From positions 6,361-70,360 of the IMG/VR virus record IMGVR_UViG_3300009593_004150: 64,000 nt of DNA. The stretch is one strand, 5' to 3'. The notes beneath the pieces are model-generated. The model had not been told where the DNA came from. It ran no database searches and was given only the letters and a program-made list of their open reading frames with translations. Within the stretch, counting starts at the first letter, position 1. Each line of letters begins with the position of its first letter. The position numbers were made by a program, and so were the translations under genes. Of this stretch, positions 18,670 to 28,810 are shown piece by piece. The stretch comes from a virus.

Positions 18670-19755
18670 ATGAGTACAAAAGACGACAAAAACGTAGATG
18701 ATACGTACATCAACCCCGAAGAAGACGATTGGGGATTTGTCGGCGGTATGGACGAAACCGTCGTTGTTGATGAAAGACAACTTCCGGACAACACTGCAGT
18801 CAGTGCACTTAATTGTGGCTTTGTTGGTGTCGGAGGCGGTGGTGGAAAGCTAGCAAAAGCATTTTTAGATCTAGGTTTTAATAAAACTATCTTAGTCAAT
18901 ACAACAGAAAAAGATCAGCCGGCCGGGATTGATCCTCAACATTTTATGCAGATTCCAGGAACAGATGGAGTCGGAAAAGATGTTAACCTCGGTAAGAAAG
19001 TGCTTTCTGATAATAGCGCAATGGTCGAAGATGCCCTTAGATCTAGGCTAGGAAAAGTTGATTGGGTATTTGTATTGGCTGGTGGTGGCGGAGGAACAGG
19101 ATCCGCATGCCATGCCCTTCATGGGGCATGTGAAAGATACCTTAAGTCAATTGAATCAGGTGGTGGAGTTGTATACATCGTTACAAAACCGTCTGCACAA
19201 GAGCTTTTAAACCCAGCAATTGAAGAAAACTACAGCAGCTTGCTCAGTGATGTGAAGGAACACCCATACATTATAATTGATAATGAAAGGCAACTTCAGT
19301 TACTAAGAGGCAAGGTTGGGATGCTTGATATGTACCCGGCAGCAAACGGAATGTTTGCCAAGTCATTACACCAAGTGTTAAAACTAGCTGCTAGCTCCTC
19401 AGAAATATCAGCATTTGATTCAAATGATCTAGAGAGATGTCTATCAGTACCTGGCCGTATATTCTTAGGAACAACAGTTGTGAAGGACCCAGGTGGGCGA
19501 GATTTAGGCGCTAGCGTTTTCCAAGGTTGCCTCAAAGGTTCTGCATGCCCGTCCCCCACAGGCAAACCTGCAACCGGTGTACTACTGTTATTGGTAACAT
19601 CTGCCATGGCATCCGATCCGGATATCAGCAACCGGCTAGAAGCTGCTAGCGCATATGTAGGTGGCCGAGCAGACACATTGTTTACCGGAATCTATGTTAA
19701 TGACAAAATCCCAGGCCTTATATCACTAACGATATTCGGTGGGATTAAAGAATAA
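18670..19755 (+). CDS. Tubulin/FtsZ-family GTPase (PhuZ/TubZ-like); alternative start 18613
   Basis: GVGGGGGK, DGVGKD, AGGGGGTGS signature, IDNE, T7-like FDSNDL. Confidence 0.88.
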   Translation: MSTKDDKNVDDTYINPEEDDWGFVGGMDETVVVDERQLPDNTAVSALNCGFVGVGGGGGKLAKAFLDLGFNKTILVNTTEKDQPAGIDPQHFMQIPGTDGVGKDVNLGKKVLSDNSAMVEDALRSRLGKVDWVFVLAGGGGGTGSACHALHGACERYLKSIESGGGVVYIVTKPSAQELLNPAIEENYSSLLSDVKEHPYIIIDNERQLQLLRGKVGMLDMYPAANGMFAKSLHQVLKLAASSSEISAFDSNDLERCLSVPGRIFLGTTVVKDPGGRDLGASVFQGCLKGSACPSPTGKPATGVLLLLVTSAMASDPDISNRLEAASAYVGGRADTLFTGIYVNDKIPGLISLTIFGGIKE

Positions 19756-19773
19756 ATAGAGTAAATCTAGTTG

Positions 19774-20043
19774 TTAAGTTACATCTTTAAGGGCTTGTTT
19801 TGTTACTAGCTTCTTAAAGATTAACTTTTCAATTTGACATATTCTCATTCTGGTCACACCAAAAATATCACCAATTTCTTGAAGGGTTTTCTCTCCCTGG
19901 CGAGATGATACCATGATACAATTTTGAGATTCCTTAGAGGATTGCCAGTAACGGCAATCCTTTTTTTGACACGGGACCTTATATTTTTCATGTTCATTGT
20001 GGCATGTTGTGCCTATAACAACTAAATCTTTCTTTTTTGTCAC
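19774..20043 (-). CDS. Stand-alone sigma-70 region 4 HTH protein with Cys-rich N-terminus
   Basis: TLQEIGDIFGVTRMRICQIEK. Confidence 0.82.
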   Translation of the reverse strand: MTKKKDLVVIGTTCHNEHEKYKVPCQKKDCRYWQSSKESQNCIMVSSRQGEKTLQEIGDIFGVTRMRICQIEKLIFKKLVTKQALKDVT

Positions 20044-20155
20044 TACAACCTCGATAATCTTTTTTGTATATTTTTGTCCGCATCATAATTACTAATATAA
20101 ACAGAAGGTATGAATTGGATAGATTCGCGAACAATAATATTACGACGGAGAATAC

Positions 20156-21469
20156 ATGAGTAATAGAAAGATCCTAGTTTTAGATACATCAGTACTGCTT
20201 TATGACAAAGAGGCAATACACTCCCTACCAGGAAATGATGTTGTTATACCACTAACTGTCTTAGATGAATTAGACAGGTTTAAAGAAAAGAAGGGACTAT
20301 TAGGAGAAAATGCAAGGTACGTCAATCGGTATTTAGATACGCTAAGAGAAAGTGGACATCTAGATAAAGAAGTAATGATTGAAGACAATGATCAAACGAT
20401 CAGAGTAGAAATTGAGGCCAATGAAGATATTAGAGTACCTGATGGTTTAAATGCTAGTTTTGCTGATAACAGAATCTTAGCAACTGCATTATACCTACAG
20501 AGGCTTAATCCCAAAAAGACTACTAAGCTTATTACAAAAGACATTAACCTTAGGGTAAAATGTGATGCGCTTGGAATTCCTGCAGAAGATTATTATAAGG
20601 ACCACATTGAGACTGATAATGTATACTCTGGTGAGGTTGAGGTTAATCTCTTTAAGGAGCAAATTGATACGTTTTTTGAGGATGGCCGGCTAGACTCCGA
20701 TGATGTTGACTTAGAGGAGCTGTCACCGGGAATTCTCGAGAATCAATTTATTTTAGGCACAGAGCCTGGCGGCGGATCTCTTTTAGGGATTAACAAGGGT
20801 GGCTCGATTGAGCAACTTCATAATGCTGCAACCAATAAGAGCTCCGGAATTGAGCCAAGAAATAAAGAACAAAAGTTTGCACTTGAGCTTTTAAATGACC
20901 CGAACATTCAGCTAGTTACGTTAACTGGAATTGCAGGATCGGGAAAAACCTTCCTAACATTACTCAGTGCCATGGGCCACCTTACCGGCGATACGTACAA
21001 AAGAATAGTTTTTACAAGGTCAATTGAGCCTGTAGGAAGGGACTTAGGTTATTTACCTGGTGATATAGATGAAAAGATGTCACCATGGTTAGCACCTATT
21101 GTCGACAACTTTAGGCATGCCTTTGGTGACACAACCTATTTTGAATGTATGTTACAAAAGGGCCAAATTGATATTGCACCCCTATCATACATTCGGGGCC
21201 GGACATTTAATGATTCATTTGTAATTGTTGATGAAGCACAAAATGCTACCATTCACGAATTAAAAACAGTTATAACAAGAATCGGCAATGGCTCAAAGAT
21301 TGTCTTACTAGGTGATACTGATCAGGTTGATACACCTTATATTGATAGCAAATCAAATGGTTTGTCAATCATTATAGAGAAATTCAAGGACTCAAACCTA
21401 ACCGGACATATTCGATTAAGCAGAGGCCAGAGATCAGATATTGCAACATTAGCTTCAAAGATTCTTTAG
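20156..21469 (+). CDS. phoH: PIN-PhoH (PhoH2/YlaK-like) protein
   Basis: VLDTSVL PIN start, ADNRIL, TKDINLRVK; GIAGSGKT, LGYLPG, RGRTF, DEAQN, GDTDQ. Confidence 0.93.
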   Translation: MSNRKILVLDTSVLLYDKEAIHSLPGNDVVIPLTVLDELDRFKEKKGLLGENARYVNRYLDTLRESGHLDKEVMIEDNDQTIRVEIEANEDIRVPDGLNASFADNRILATALYLQRLNPKKTTKLITKDINLRVKCDALGIPAEDYYKDHIETDNVYSGEVEVNLFKEQIDTFFEDGRLDSDDVDLEELSPGILENQFILGTEPGGGSLLGINKGGSIEQLHNAATNKSSGIEPRNKEQKFALELLNDPNIQLVTLTGIAGSGKTFLTLLSAMGHLTGDTYKRIVFTRSIEPVGRDLGYLPGDIDEKMSPWLAPIVDNFRHAFGDTTYFECMLQKGQIDIAPLSYIRGRTFNDSFVIVDEAQNATIHELKTVITRIGNGSKIVLLGDTDQVDTPYIDSKSNGLSIIIEKFKDSNLTGHIRLSRGQRSDIATLASKIL

Positions 21470-21526
21470 ATAACTTAGACTTTATTCAGATCACTCAATA
21501 TTTACTAAAGTACTGGGAGATTTGTA

Positions 21527-21871
21527 GTGGGATATACTAAGTTTACGAGAAGAGACCGAAACCGTTATAAAAAGATCTATCCGTTTGTCAAACGCACTCC
21601 GCGGTGGGCTTACTGGAGCAATGTTAATTTCCAAATGGAGATTGGGGAAGTTGAGTTGGCAGGAGAAACATACGTTTCTTTTGAGTTTGAAACTCCTTTC
21701 CCCGAACCTCCGGAGAATCCTCCGGTGGTGACTGCGACATCGCTAGATCCACAACAGTCAGTTAATGTTACAGTTTTTAACGTATCACACTTAGGTGCAG
21801 ATATCAGCGTGACAAACCCATACCACGGTAAGGTTGCTTGGCATGCTATTTGGATCGAGTGTCCGGAGTAG
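21527..21871 (+). CDS. Small beta-rich virion/fibre-associated protein (H-lectin-like pattern)
   Basis: FETPFPEPP...PVVTAT...WHAI; next to fibre genes. Confidence 0.5.
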   Translation: MGYTKFTRRDRNRYKKIYPFVKRTPRWAYWSNVNFQMEIGEVELAGETYVSFEFETPFPEPPENPPVVTATSLDPQQSVNVTVFNVSHLGADISVTNPYHGKVAWHAIWIECPE

Positions 21872-21876
21872 TTTAA

Positions 21877-22143
21877 ATGGCGGTGAAAACCATGACCGAT
21901 GTTCCACAGTGGATAATAGAAGTGAAGAGTATTAATATGACCGGTAAGTACAGAACGAAATATTCATTTGAATCTGAGTTTAATAGTGCACCTATTGTAA
22001 CTGCAACAGCTTTAAGCCCGGGCGGCATGCCGATGGGAAATGCAGACGTTCATATTGTATCCGTCACCAAAAAAGAAGTTGATATATCAATTAATGCTTA
22101 TGTCCAAGGAATGCGGGTCCAGCTACACGCAATCGGAAAATAA
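21877..22143 (+). CDS. Small beta-rich protein, paralogous to the upstream gene
   Basis: FESEFNSAPIVTATA...LHAIG. Confidence 0.5.
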   Translation: MAVKTMTDVPQWIIEVKSINMTGKYRTKYSFESEFNSAPIVTATALSPGGMPMGNADVHIVSVTKKEVDISINAYVQGMRVQLHAIGK

Positions 22144-22157
22144 CAGGAGCCACAATT

Positions 22158-25100
22158 ATGTCATTTGAGAATAGGCCAAAAGACTTTTTTGCAAAACAAA
22201 TTAGATCATCACATTTAATAGCATCAGGTGGGATTACCAATCCTAACTCTAGCGATTGGGATGAATCATTTGAAAACCTTAGGTTAATGATTTATCCTAA
22301 AGATGCCTTAGAGACATCAACACCAGGAGGTGTATCTTATATAGAGGGTGCATTTGAGGGTATCGTCCCACCACAGCTCCTAGAAGATACCGGTGGTACT
22401 GGCCTTAAGGTTGGTGATGATGTCTGGTTGTTCATCTCTGGTGCACAAAACACCCATAGCACAGATCATGATGAAGACGGTGTTATAGAGCTAGACGAAA
22501 AAGAAAAAAGAGCAGACAGCGGTGTGGTGTTGTTCGGCGGCGATGTTGTAATATCTGGTACCTTATTTGCTGAGAGGCAGGTGGTAGAAGTTGATCTTAG
22601 CCAAGAGGGTGAATTATTTGTGTCTGGAAATCTTAAGGTTCAAGATTACACCCCTGATACTAAGTTCATCCAGTTTATGATGCCAATGGAAAATTATCCA
22701 GAGCAGTGGAGACGTCGAGCACTTTCCTTTACAGACTTAGATAGCTCAGATGGTACTGATGCACCAATCGACCTTACTTCTCTTGTCGATGGTGACAATG
22801 CAGGTGTATATGATCTAACATTATATTCAAGCTTTGACACAACCGCACCCTTTCCGGTTTCTAGCCTTAATACAACAATCACAAACTACAGGCGAGAAAT
22901 TATAATTAAAGCTGTTGAGGATTCGGCCGGTGCCGACTGCTATGAGTCTCTTGCATTATTCACCGATGCTGTAGCACTCATAATCGATATGGATAATGCT
23001 ACTGACTTTGATGGCACAGAGCCTACGCCAATATCCACGGGCCTGAGTAGTTTTACCTACATGCTAACTATGATCCAAACCCTTCTAGATAGTATTAACC
23101 CCGTTCCTCCAAACTACTCTACTGGTGATGTTGAGACGATATATGATGCAATAATTGCGATATTTGATGGTTTAAAAGATAACATTACCGACACCATTAA
23201 CTGGATAACTACTATAATGATTGATCACGATGGTGATCCTTTAACGCCACCGGAGACGCCTGGAGGGATTACGGTGGCCCAGCGGCAGGCTTTGGAGGTT
23301 GCAAACAATGCTGCTAGCATGCATTATTCTAACAACCATGTATATGCTGCAGCATTCTCAGCAGCGCCGGTAACTCCTACTGAGTTTGAATCTAAAGATG
23401 ATGCAATCTCAAAAGGGGTTGCATATAGCGGCTTTGTACCAGGTGAAACTGGGGATCCCGACGAAGAATTAACAATATTTAACGTTGACTCTTTAAACGG
23501 AAGGGTAGGTATTTTAAACGTCGATCCGGTTGCATCGTTAGATCTTAGATCTGGCTATGGGGAAGGAAATACCCCTACTGCTCATATCAACCACCAGGTA
23601 GAAGACGACTCCGGGGTACTCCAGAACGTACAGTTATATATTGAGGGTGGGGTTGCGCCGGCTGCTGGAAAATCTATATTCTGGCACCTGCGTAATAAAG
23701 AAGAACCTTTAGAGTGGTCACATGCTTCTGCAGCTAATGCACCAGAGGTTTTTCGTATCGTAGGCCTTAAAGAAGATATTACCAATTATGACACTAATGA
23801 CATCGAGCCTAAGGTACTAACGATCACCGATGATGGGTATGTAAGGTTTAAAGAAGGCGGTCTAGGTGGAGCAAAACTAAAAGACGATCGGGACGGCCGA
23901 GAAGATATTAATGATCTAAACACGAATGAAGAAGCAGAAGATGCAAGTGGCGCCGCGCTGGTCGGCGATGATCATGATGGTGGTGGCGCACAAATTAACG
24001 GCAACCCTTATGACAATGGTTATTATGTTGATCGCTGGCATGGTGATACGCAGGTCGGGCATGCGTTAGATGATGTTAATAAAGCACTAAAAGCTGTTGA
24101 CGAGAATAAAGCATGGCAGTGGCCGGATACAGATGGCATAGAGGGAGGCGACAAGGTCACTCTAAGGGACGATCTTAACAATGTAGGTATAGGTACCCAA
24201 GATCCAGTACAAAAGCTTCATGTGTACTCTGGTGATGGCCTCAACACTGCAGTAAGATTACAGTCTGATCATATCGATTCTGGTGATGGCTCTGTTTCAA
24301 ACCCAGCGGCAAATGTAAAAATTGAATTAGCAATAGATGAGAATGTACATAGTACGATTAGCCAAAATGTTCGGGTAGGAGAAGACCTAACTGCTTTAGG
24401 TACCGATATGATGTTACAAAATCATACGGTATCCGGAGGAATCTACGTCTCTACGTTGAATGAAGATGATGCAGGAAACCAAGTTGCATTAGCTCCGCTA
24501 GTTATAGACAGCAACGGAAGCGCATTAGGAACAGAGCTGCAGGTGTTAATATTGTCCGGTACTACCGGAGAAGATCCTGTTCTTGACCCTAGGACCTTTG
24601 CAGATACTAATTTCTTCGTATCAGGTTCTATCGGTTCTTGTGTCAACCCCAGTGAGGGTGTGGCTGGAAACGCTGAAAGAGGTACTGCAGTATTTGGTGG
24701 TGACCTATTCGTTTCCGGGGCAATATATTCTGGTGGCGGTGTCGTTGGCGGCGGTGGAGGTTGGCGGACAGCAATGAATGGTGTCTGTATGGATGTCTTT
24801 ACAGAGTCAGCATATGGGGATGATGGAACTACACCGGCATCGGATGGCCAAATATTGGCATCTAAGGTAGTTACATTTGACAACAGTGGTAACCCATTAG
24901 TGCCTGATGTCGATAGTGACGATTTTTCAAGTGTATACCTCGGCTTCTACTCGACGGAGCCTGGTACTGTTGGAGATGATGTAGCTGTTACATTAACATT
25001 GTCTTCATCAACATCTAGCTTAGATCCAACAGTAACCTGGACTGATAGTGATCCTAACAATCGAAGCCTTGACATAACGATACCACAAGCATGGGATGTA

Positions 25101-26315
25101 ATTGGTGATGATGATGCATTCGGTAATAATACCGGAAACAATATAAGAATATCTTTCCAAAGAATACTCGATCTAGTTAATGGTGGTGGCATCTACAACT
25201 ATCCTGCGGCAACCTGGCCTGTGAGGGCTAGACTATATAATACATGGCAATCTGAAAATATAACTCCGGGATACTTAACAACACCGATAGCTAGCCATAA
25301 TGGACAGACAATCACCTGGACTCTAAATGGGGGTGGGGATAGCGTTCGGTACGTAAGCTGGGGTGCTGATGCCACCTCCGGAAACAGCCCGTCAGAAGGT
25401 ATGGCGGAAGGGACCGGTGATACATTCACTAGACAAGATTGGGCTCAAGGCCTATTGATACCATTCAATTGTACGATTGTAGGCTATTCTGTTCGATATA
25501 TGTCAAAGGATCCCTTTGTGATCACCGCACCTGGAGTTACACCTACCGGTGCGGAAAGAGTTGAATGGCAGATTGGTGAATTAAATGAAGGTACTGATCC
25601 TGATCCTGGAGCACTCGGTTATGCAGGTATACCTACTACAACAAAGGTATTTTCGCCGTATGTTGATGGTGGCCCAATTAATTGGATTGCATGGCATGCA
25701 GCAGATAATGGTACATACCCAATGAAATGGGTCGGGGAAGGTAGTGATGGTGATGCCGGCCATGTTAATACCTTAAATATCCCTGTCACTGCCGGCAAGA
25801 CTATCGCCGTAAGGGCCCTGGAGAAGGACTGCGATATTTATTCTGATTACCGTGCAGAGGCTAGCGTAACTATATGGCTCCAAGGCGGAAACGTTTCTGG
25901 CGGCGCAGGCGCAGGCGCAGGGTCAGGATTTGATGAGTCAAGTATCCGAAGTGTTACAACATTAGGCCCATCAGATGGTGGGGCACCGGTAGCAAACCCA
26001 TTAGGTGAGAGTGAAGTAAAGGTCAATCTACCAACATCAGCACTTATGAACTATATCTCAGCTACATATTCAATTGGTGACCACCTTTTATTCGAACTAC
26101 CACTAGCTGCTTCGAATGAAGGCTGTACCTACGTCATAAAAGATAGTGTGGGTCAAGTGAGTGATGATAATACAAACATTCGAATTGCACCGGTCGGCGC
26201 GGATACGTTAGATCAATACACATCATGGGCCGGTGGCAATGGGCCATTAAAGTTAGAGCAAAATTTTGCCAGTATTACTATCTGGTCAGATGGCGTTCGG
26301 TGGTTAATATCTTAA
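22158..26315 (+). CDS. Large tail fibre/virion protein
   Basis: Repeated FGGD(V/L)xxSG motif, NVGIGTQDP fibre repeats, C-terminal LP..A...G..YVIKD...SDGVRW fibre module. Confidence 0.7.
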   Translation: MSFENRPKDFFAKQIRSSHLIASGGITNPNSSDWDESFENLRLMIYPKDALETSTPGGVSYIEGAFEGIVPPQLLEDTGGTGLKVGDDVWLFISGAQNTHSTDHDEDGVIELDEKEKRADSGVVLFGGDVVISGTLFAERQVVEVDLSQEGELFVSGNLKVQDYTPDTKFIQFMMPMENYPEQWRRRALSFTDLDSSDGTDAPIDLTSLVDGDNAGVYDLTLYSSFDTTAPFPVSSLNTTITNYRREIIIKAVEDSAGADCYESLALFTDAVALIIDMDNATDFDGTEPTPISTGLSSFTYMLTMIQTLLDSINPVPPNYSTGDVETIYDAIIAIFDGLKDNITDTINWITTIMIDHDGDPLTPPETPGGITVAQRQALEVANNAASMHYSNNHVYAAAFSAAPVTPTEFESKDDAISKGVAYSGFVPGETGDPDEELTIFNVDSLNGRVGILNVDPVASLDLRSGYGEGNTPTAHINHQVEDDSGVLQNVQLYIEGGVAPAAGKSIFWHLRNKEEPLEWSHASAANAPEVFRIVGLKEDITNYDTNDIEPKVLTITDDGYVRFKEGGLGGAKLKDDRDGREDINDLNTNEEAEDASGAALVGDDHDGGGAQINGNPYDNGYYVDRWHGDTQVGHALDDVNKALKAVDENKAWQWPDTDGIEGGDKVTLRDDLNNVGIGTQDPVQKLHVYSGDGLNTAVRLQSDHIDSGDGSVSNPAANVKIELAIDENVHSTISQNVRVGEDLTALGTDMMLQNHTVSGGIYVSTLNEDDAGNQVALAPLVIDSNGSALGTELQVLILSGTTGEDPVLDPRTFADTNFFVSGSIGSCVNPSEGVAGNAERGTAVFGGDLFVSGAIYSGGGVVGGGGGWRTAMNGVCMDVFTESAYGDDGTTPASDGQILASKVVTFDNSGNPLVPDVDSDDFSSVYLGFYSTEPGTVGDDVAVTLTLSSSTSSLDPTVTWTDSDPNNRSLDITIPQAWDVIGDDDAFGNNTGNNIRISFQRILDLVNGGGIYNYPAATWPVRARLYNTWQSENITPGYLTTPIASHNGQTITWTLNGGGDSVRYVSWGADATSGNSPSEGMAEGTGDTFTRQDWAQGLLIPFNCTIVGYSVRYMSKDPFVITAPGVTPTGAERVEWQIGELNEGTDPDPGALGYAGIPTTTKVFSPYVDGGPINWIAWHAADNGTYPMKWVGEGSDGDAGHVNTLNIPVTAGKTIAVRALEKDCDIYSDYRAEASVTIWLQGGNVSGGAGAGAGSGFDESSIRSVTTLGPSDGGAPVANPLGESEVKVNLPTSALMNYISATYSIGDHLLFELPLAASNEGCTYVIKDSVGQVSDDNTNIRIAPVGADTLDQYTSWAGGNGPLKLEQNFASITIWSDGVRWLIS

Positions 26316-26335
26316 TATTATTAGGGGTTTAAAAA

Positions 26336-28810
26336 ATGTCTTATAAAGTTTTTGGCGGCATACATGATATATTGGCTAGCATTAGCTCATTAAAAAGTAT
26401 ACCAGCTAACCAAAGAGAAAAAGGTCAAATGGTTGCCGTACGTGATGGTGACTATAAAATCTATATATGGGATCCTACAGCAACAGCAAAGGGATTGCTA
26501 TGTAGCTTAGCAGGAGAAGATCCGGCTCAAACTTTATGGCCGTCAAAAGCTAGTATGTGGTATCCGGGAGCACAAGGACAAAATCAAAATCTTCCTGCTA
26601 CCTTTATTGAACGTGATCATATGGTAGAAGAAAATAATGTACGGTTTGAACAAGGGATTGCGGTACGAGACGATTTTGGGTACCTATTTGCCGTACCTAA
26701 TGATATATCAAATGATGCACAAGGCAATCCTGTTGATTATACTGGCCTACCCGGGAGATGGGTAGTTATCAACTATGCTACCCTGGTAGATAATATTCCA
26801 TGGAGTACTCGGGCCGGGCATTTAATACCAAGATACAATGCGAAGTTTGATATAGGTAATGCAGACCTTAAGGTTCGGCACCATTTCTTATCTGATAATA
26901 GTATTTGGTTGGGTGAGCAACACCGCGTTACAGTTAATGTTGCAGGTACCCTAAAGTTCCAAAAAAGAAAAACTGGTAAAATTCCAGAACACTTAAACAC
27001 TCATGCAGCATCAGCATTTGGTAGCGCGGATGAAGCAAAAAGAGCTATCCTTGAACAGATTAAAAGTGATCCAGACATTCCGGCTACTGAATTAGACTCA
27101 ATTGGTAGTATCACGACTAGCACAGATATTCCGGAAACTATGAACCTGTCGCTAGCTCATTGGGAAAAAATAGCTAAAGTCCAGGGGTTTCTAAAGCCGG
27201 AACCTGGAACGTTATTCGGTAACAGCGATTTTGAAGATGCTGTCAATTTAGAGAGCAGCAGTGCACCCTCAAACGACGACATTGATACTAGGCTAGCAGA
27301 CGTTGAAAGTAAATTTGATGTACTAGGAAAAATTGACAAAGATTACGTAGACCCTGGTGTATTCGATCTGCCTGAGTATATTAATAAATGGAATGAGCGC
27401 CTCGCGCTTGAAACAGATATTATCCGCGGCAACTTTGATAATTTATTTGATACTAGGCTTGGGACAAAAGATGTAATAGGGACACCGGAGTTTGGGACGT
27501 TGTATGATGGGCGATTTAATAATGACTTTGATACTAGGTTCGGAACAAAAGACGTAGTAATAGGGACAACTGACTGGGCTGATATGCAGGATCGCTTTGA
27601 TGTGTCCGGACGTCTTAAAACTACGAATGCTCACCCTGATTTAGTTAACGCAAACGTCCCAGCAACAGATCTTTCAGGATATGCAACGTTAGGCCAGTTA
27701 GGCAGTGCATTAGCAAATAAAGCAGATGTATCATCTATACCTGATGTAACTGGTTATCTGCAATTGAGTGATATGGATCAGGTTTTAGGAAAGACTGTAC
27801 CTAGTGGCGCAACAGACACAATACCTAACATGTTGGCCGGCAAAACCACGGTTAGTGATGTTGAAGCATATATTACTAGTAACCTAGCGATAAGTGCGGA
27901 AACCAACGGGCAAATTAAATTAGCTATTAAGGGTGAACCTAGCCACTTTAATGCAACCAACTCCACGTGGCTAGGCGGGAATAGTATACTGTCTGGAATG
28001 GCATCCGATATAGCAGGAAAACAGGAGGCGGGTACGTATCTAACTGATGCGTCTAACATTGCTGCTTCGAAGATCACCGGGACAGTGGCAGCTAGTAAAA
28101 TATCTTCTGCCATAGCGCGCACAGTTGATCTAACAGCCGTCGCCGGTGATGTGGCAGCGTTGGATAGTACCGTTGGGGGCTTGAATACTGATGTTAATAA
28201 CATTAATAGCTGGAAAACCAGCACATTTAGTGAGGGATCTGGCAACCTAGCAATTGATAAACTACCTTATGCATTGTTTGCGGACAGTGGAACATATAAA
28301 GGTACCTTACACTCATCCGTTAGTTTAAGTGACGGTACATCACTTAATACCAAGATAAGCAGCTTTAACACCAGCATTAACAGCTTACAAACTTCCGTAA
28401 CATCGCTTGATAGTTCACTTACGTTCACACCGTTAGTGGCTATGTCTTTCCCAACATCAGACAAAGATTTAAAATCAATAATTCGTGTTGTTCCACAAAA
28501 CGAAATAACTACGAACTACCATCTGCTGGGACTAGTAACATTTGAGTATGAATGGAACCAGGTTGCAACAGATTTATTTAGCCTAAGCGGACATGTGGAA
28601 GAAGGATTTTTAGCCGAGCAGCTAGAAGAGTTATATCCTCCGGCAGATCCTCAAAATCCCCCTACATCTAAAGAAGATGGTCATATATGGTGGCATGAAT
28701 ACATGACAGAAGATCAGAAAGCTTCATCAAGTGGTGTACATAATTACTATACATTCTTTAATTCAGAAATGCTTCAAGCAGAAATCGATGCTGCTATAGC
28801 TGCCCTATAG
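26336..28810 (+). CDS. Tail fibre protein with C-terminal peptidase S74 chaperone
   Basis: Coiled/repeat body, ASKITG repeats, SDKDLK...GFLAEQLEELYP. Confidence 0.78.
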   Translation: MSYKVFGGIHDILASISSLKSIPANQREKGQMVAVRDGDYKIYIWDPTATAKGLLCSLAGEDPAQTLWPSKASMWYPGAQGQNQNLPATFIERDHMVEENNVRFEQGIAVRDDFGYLFAVPNDISNDAQGNPVDYTGLPGRWVVINYATLVDNIPWSTRAGHLIPRYNAKFDIGNADLKVRHHFLSDNSIWLGEQHRVTVNVAGTLKFQKRKTGKIPEHLNTHAASAFGSADEAKRAILEQIKSDPDIPATELDSIGSITTSTDIPETMNLSLAHWEKIAKVQGFLKPEPGTLFGNSDFEDAVNLESSSAPSNDDIDTRLADVESKFDVLGKIDKDYVDPGVFDLPEYINKWNERLALETDIIRGNFDNLFDTRLGTKDVIGTPEFGTLYDGRFNNDFDTRFGTKDVVIGTTDWADMQDRFDVSGRLKTTNAHPDLVNANVPATDLSGYATLGQLGSALANKADVSSIPDVTGYLQLSDMDQVLGKTVPSGATDTIPNMLAGKTTVSDVEAYITSNLAISAETNGQIKLAIKGEPSHFNATNSTWLGGNSILSGMASDIAGKQEAGTYLTDASNIAASKITGTVAASKISSAIARTVDLTAVAGDVAALDSTVGGLNTDVNNINSWKTSTFSEGSGNLAIDKLPYALFADSGTYKGTLHSSVSLSDGTSLNTKISSFNTSINSLQTSVTSLDSSLTFTPLVAMSFPTSDKDLKSIIRVVPQNEITTNYHLLGLVTFEYEWNQVATDLFSLSGHVEEGFLAEQLEELYPPADPQNPPTSKEDGHIWWHEYMTEDQKASSSGVHNYYTFFNSEMLQAEIDAAIAAL
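27446..27572 (+). repeat. Intragenic tandem duplication (FDTRxGTKDV..IGT x2)
   Basis: TTTGATACTAGG...ACAAAAGA.GTA at 27446 and 27527. Confidence 0.75.

Noticed and set aside
18561-18899. Minus-strand 112-aa ORF
   Set aside because: Antisense to the tubulin gene and tmRNA 3' end; WWRRRGSNP is the typical shadow translation of a tRNA-like T-arm
7388-21469. Inteins or introns in helicase, PrkA or PhoH
   Set aside because: Lengths are typical and no intein splice-junction or homing endonuclease motifs were seen
1439-28810. Duplicated fibre C-termini as a diversity-generating retroelement TR/VR pair
   Set aside because: Differences are mostly synonymous and not adenine-specific, both copies are in coding frames, and no reverse transcriptase is in the window
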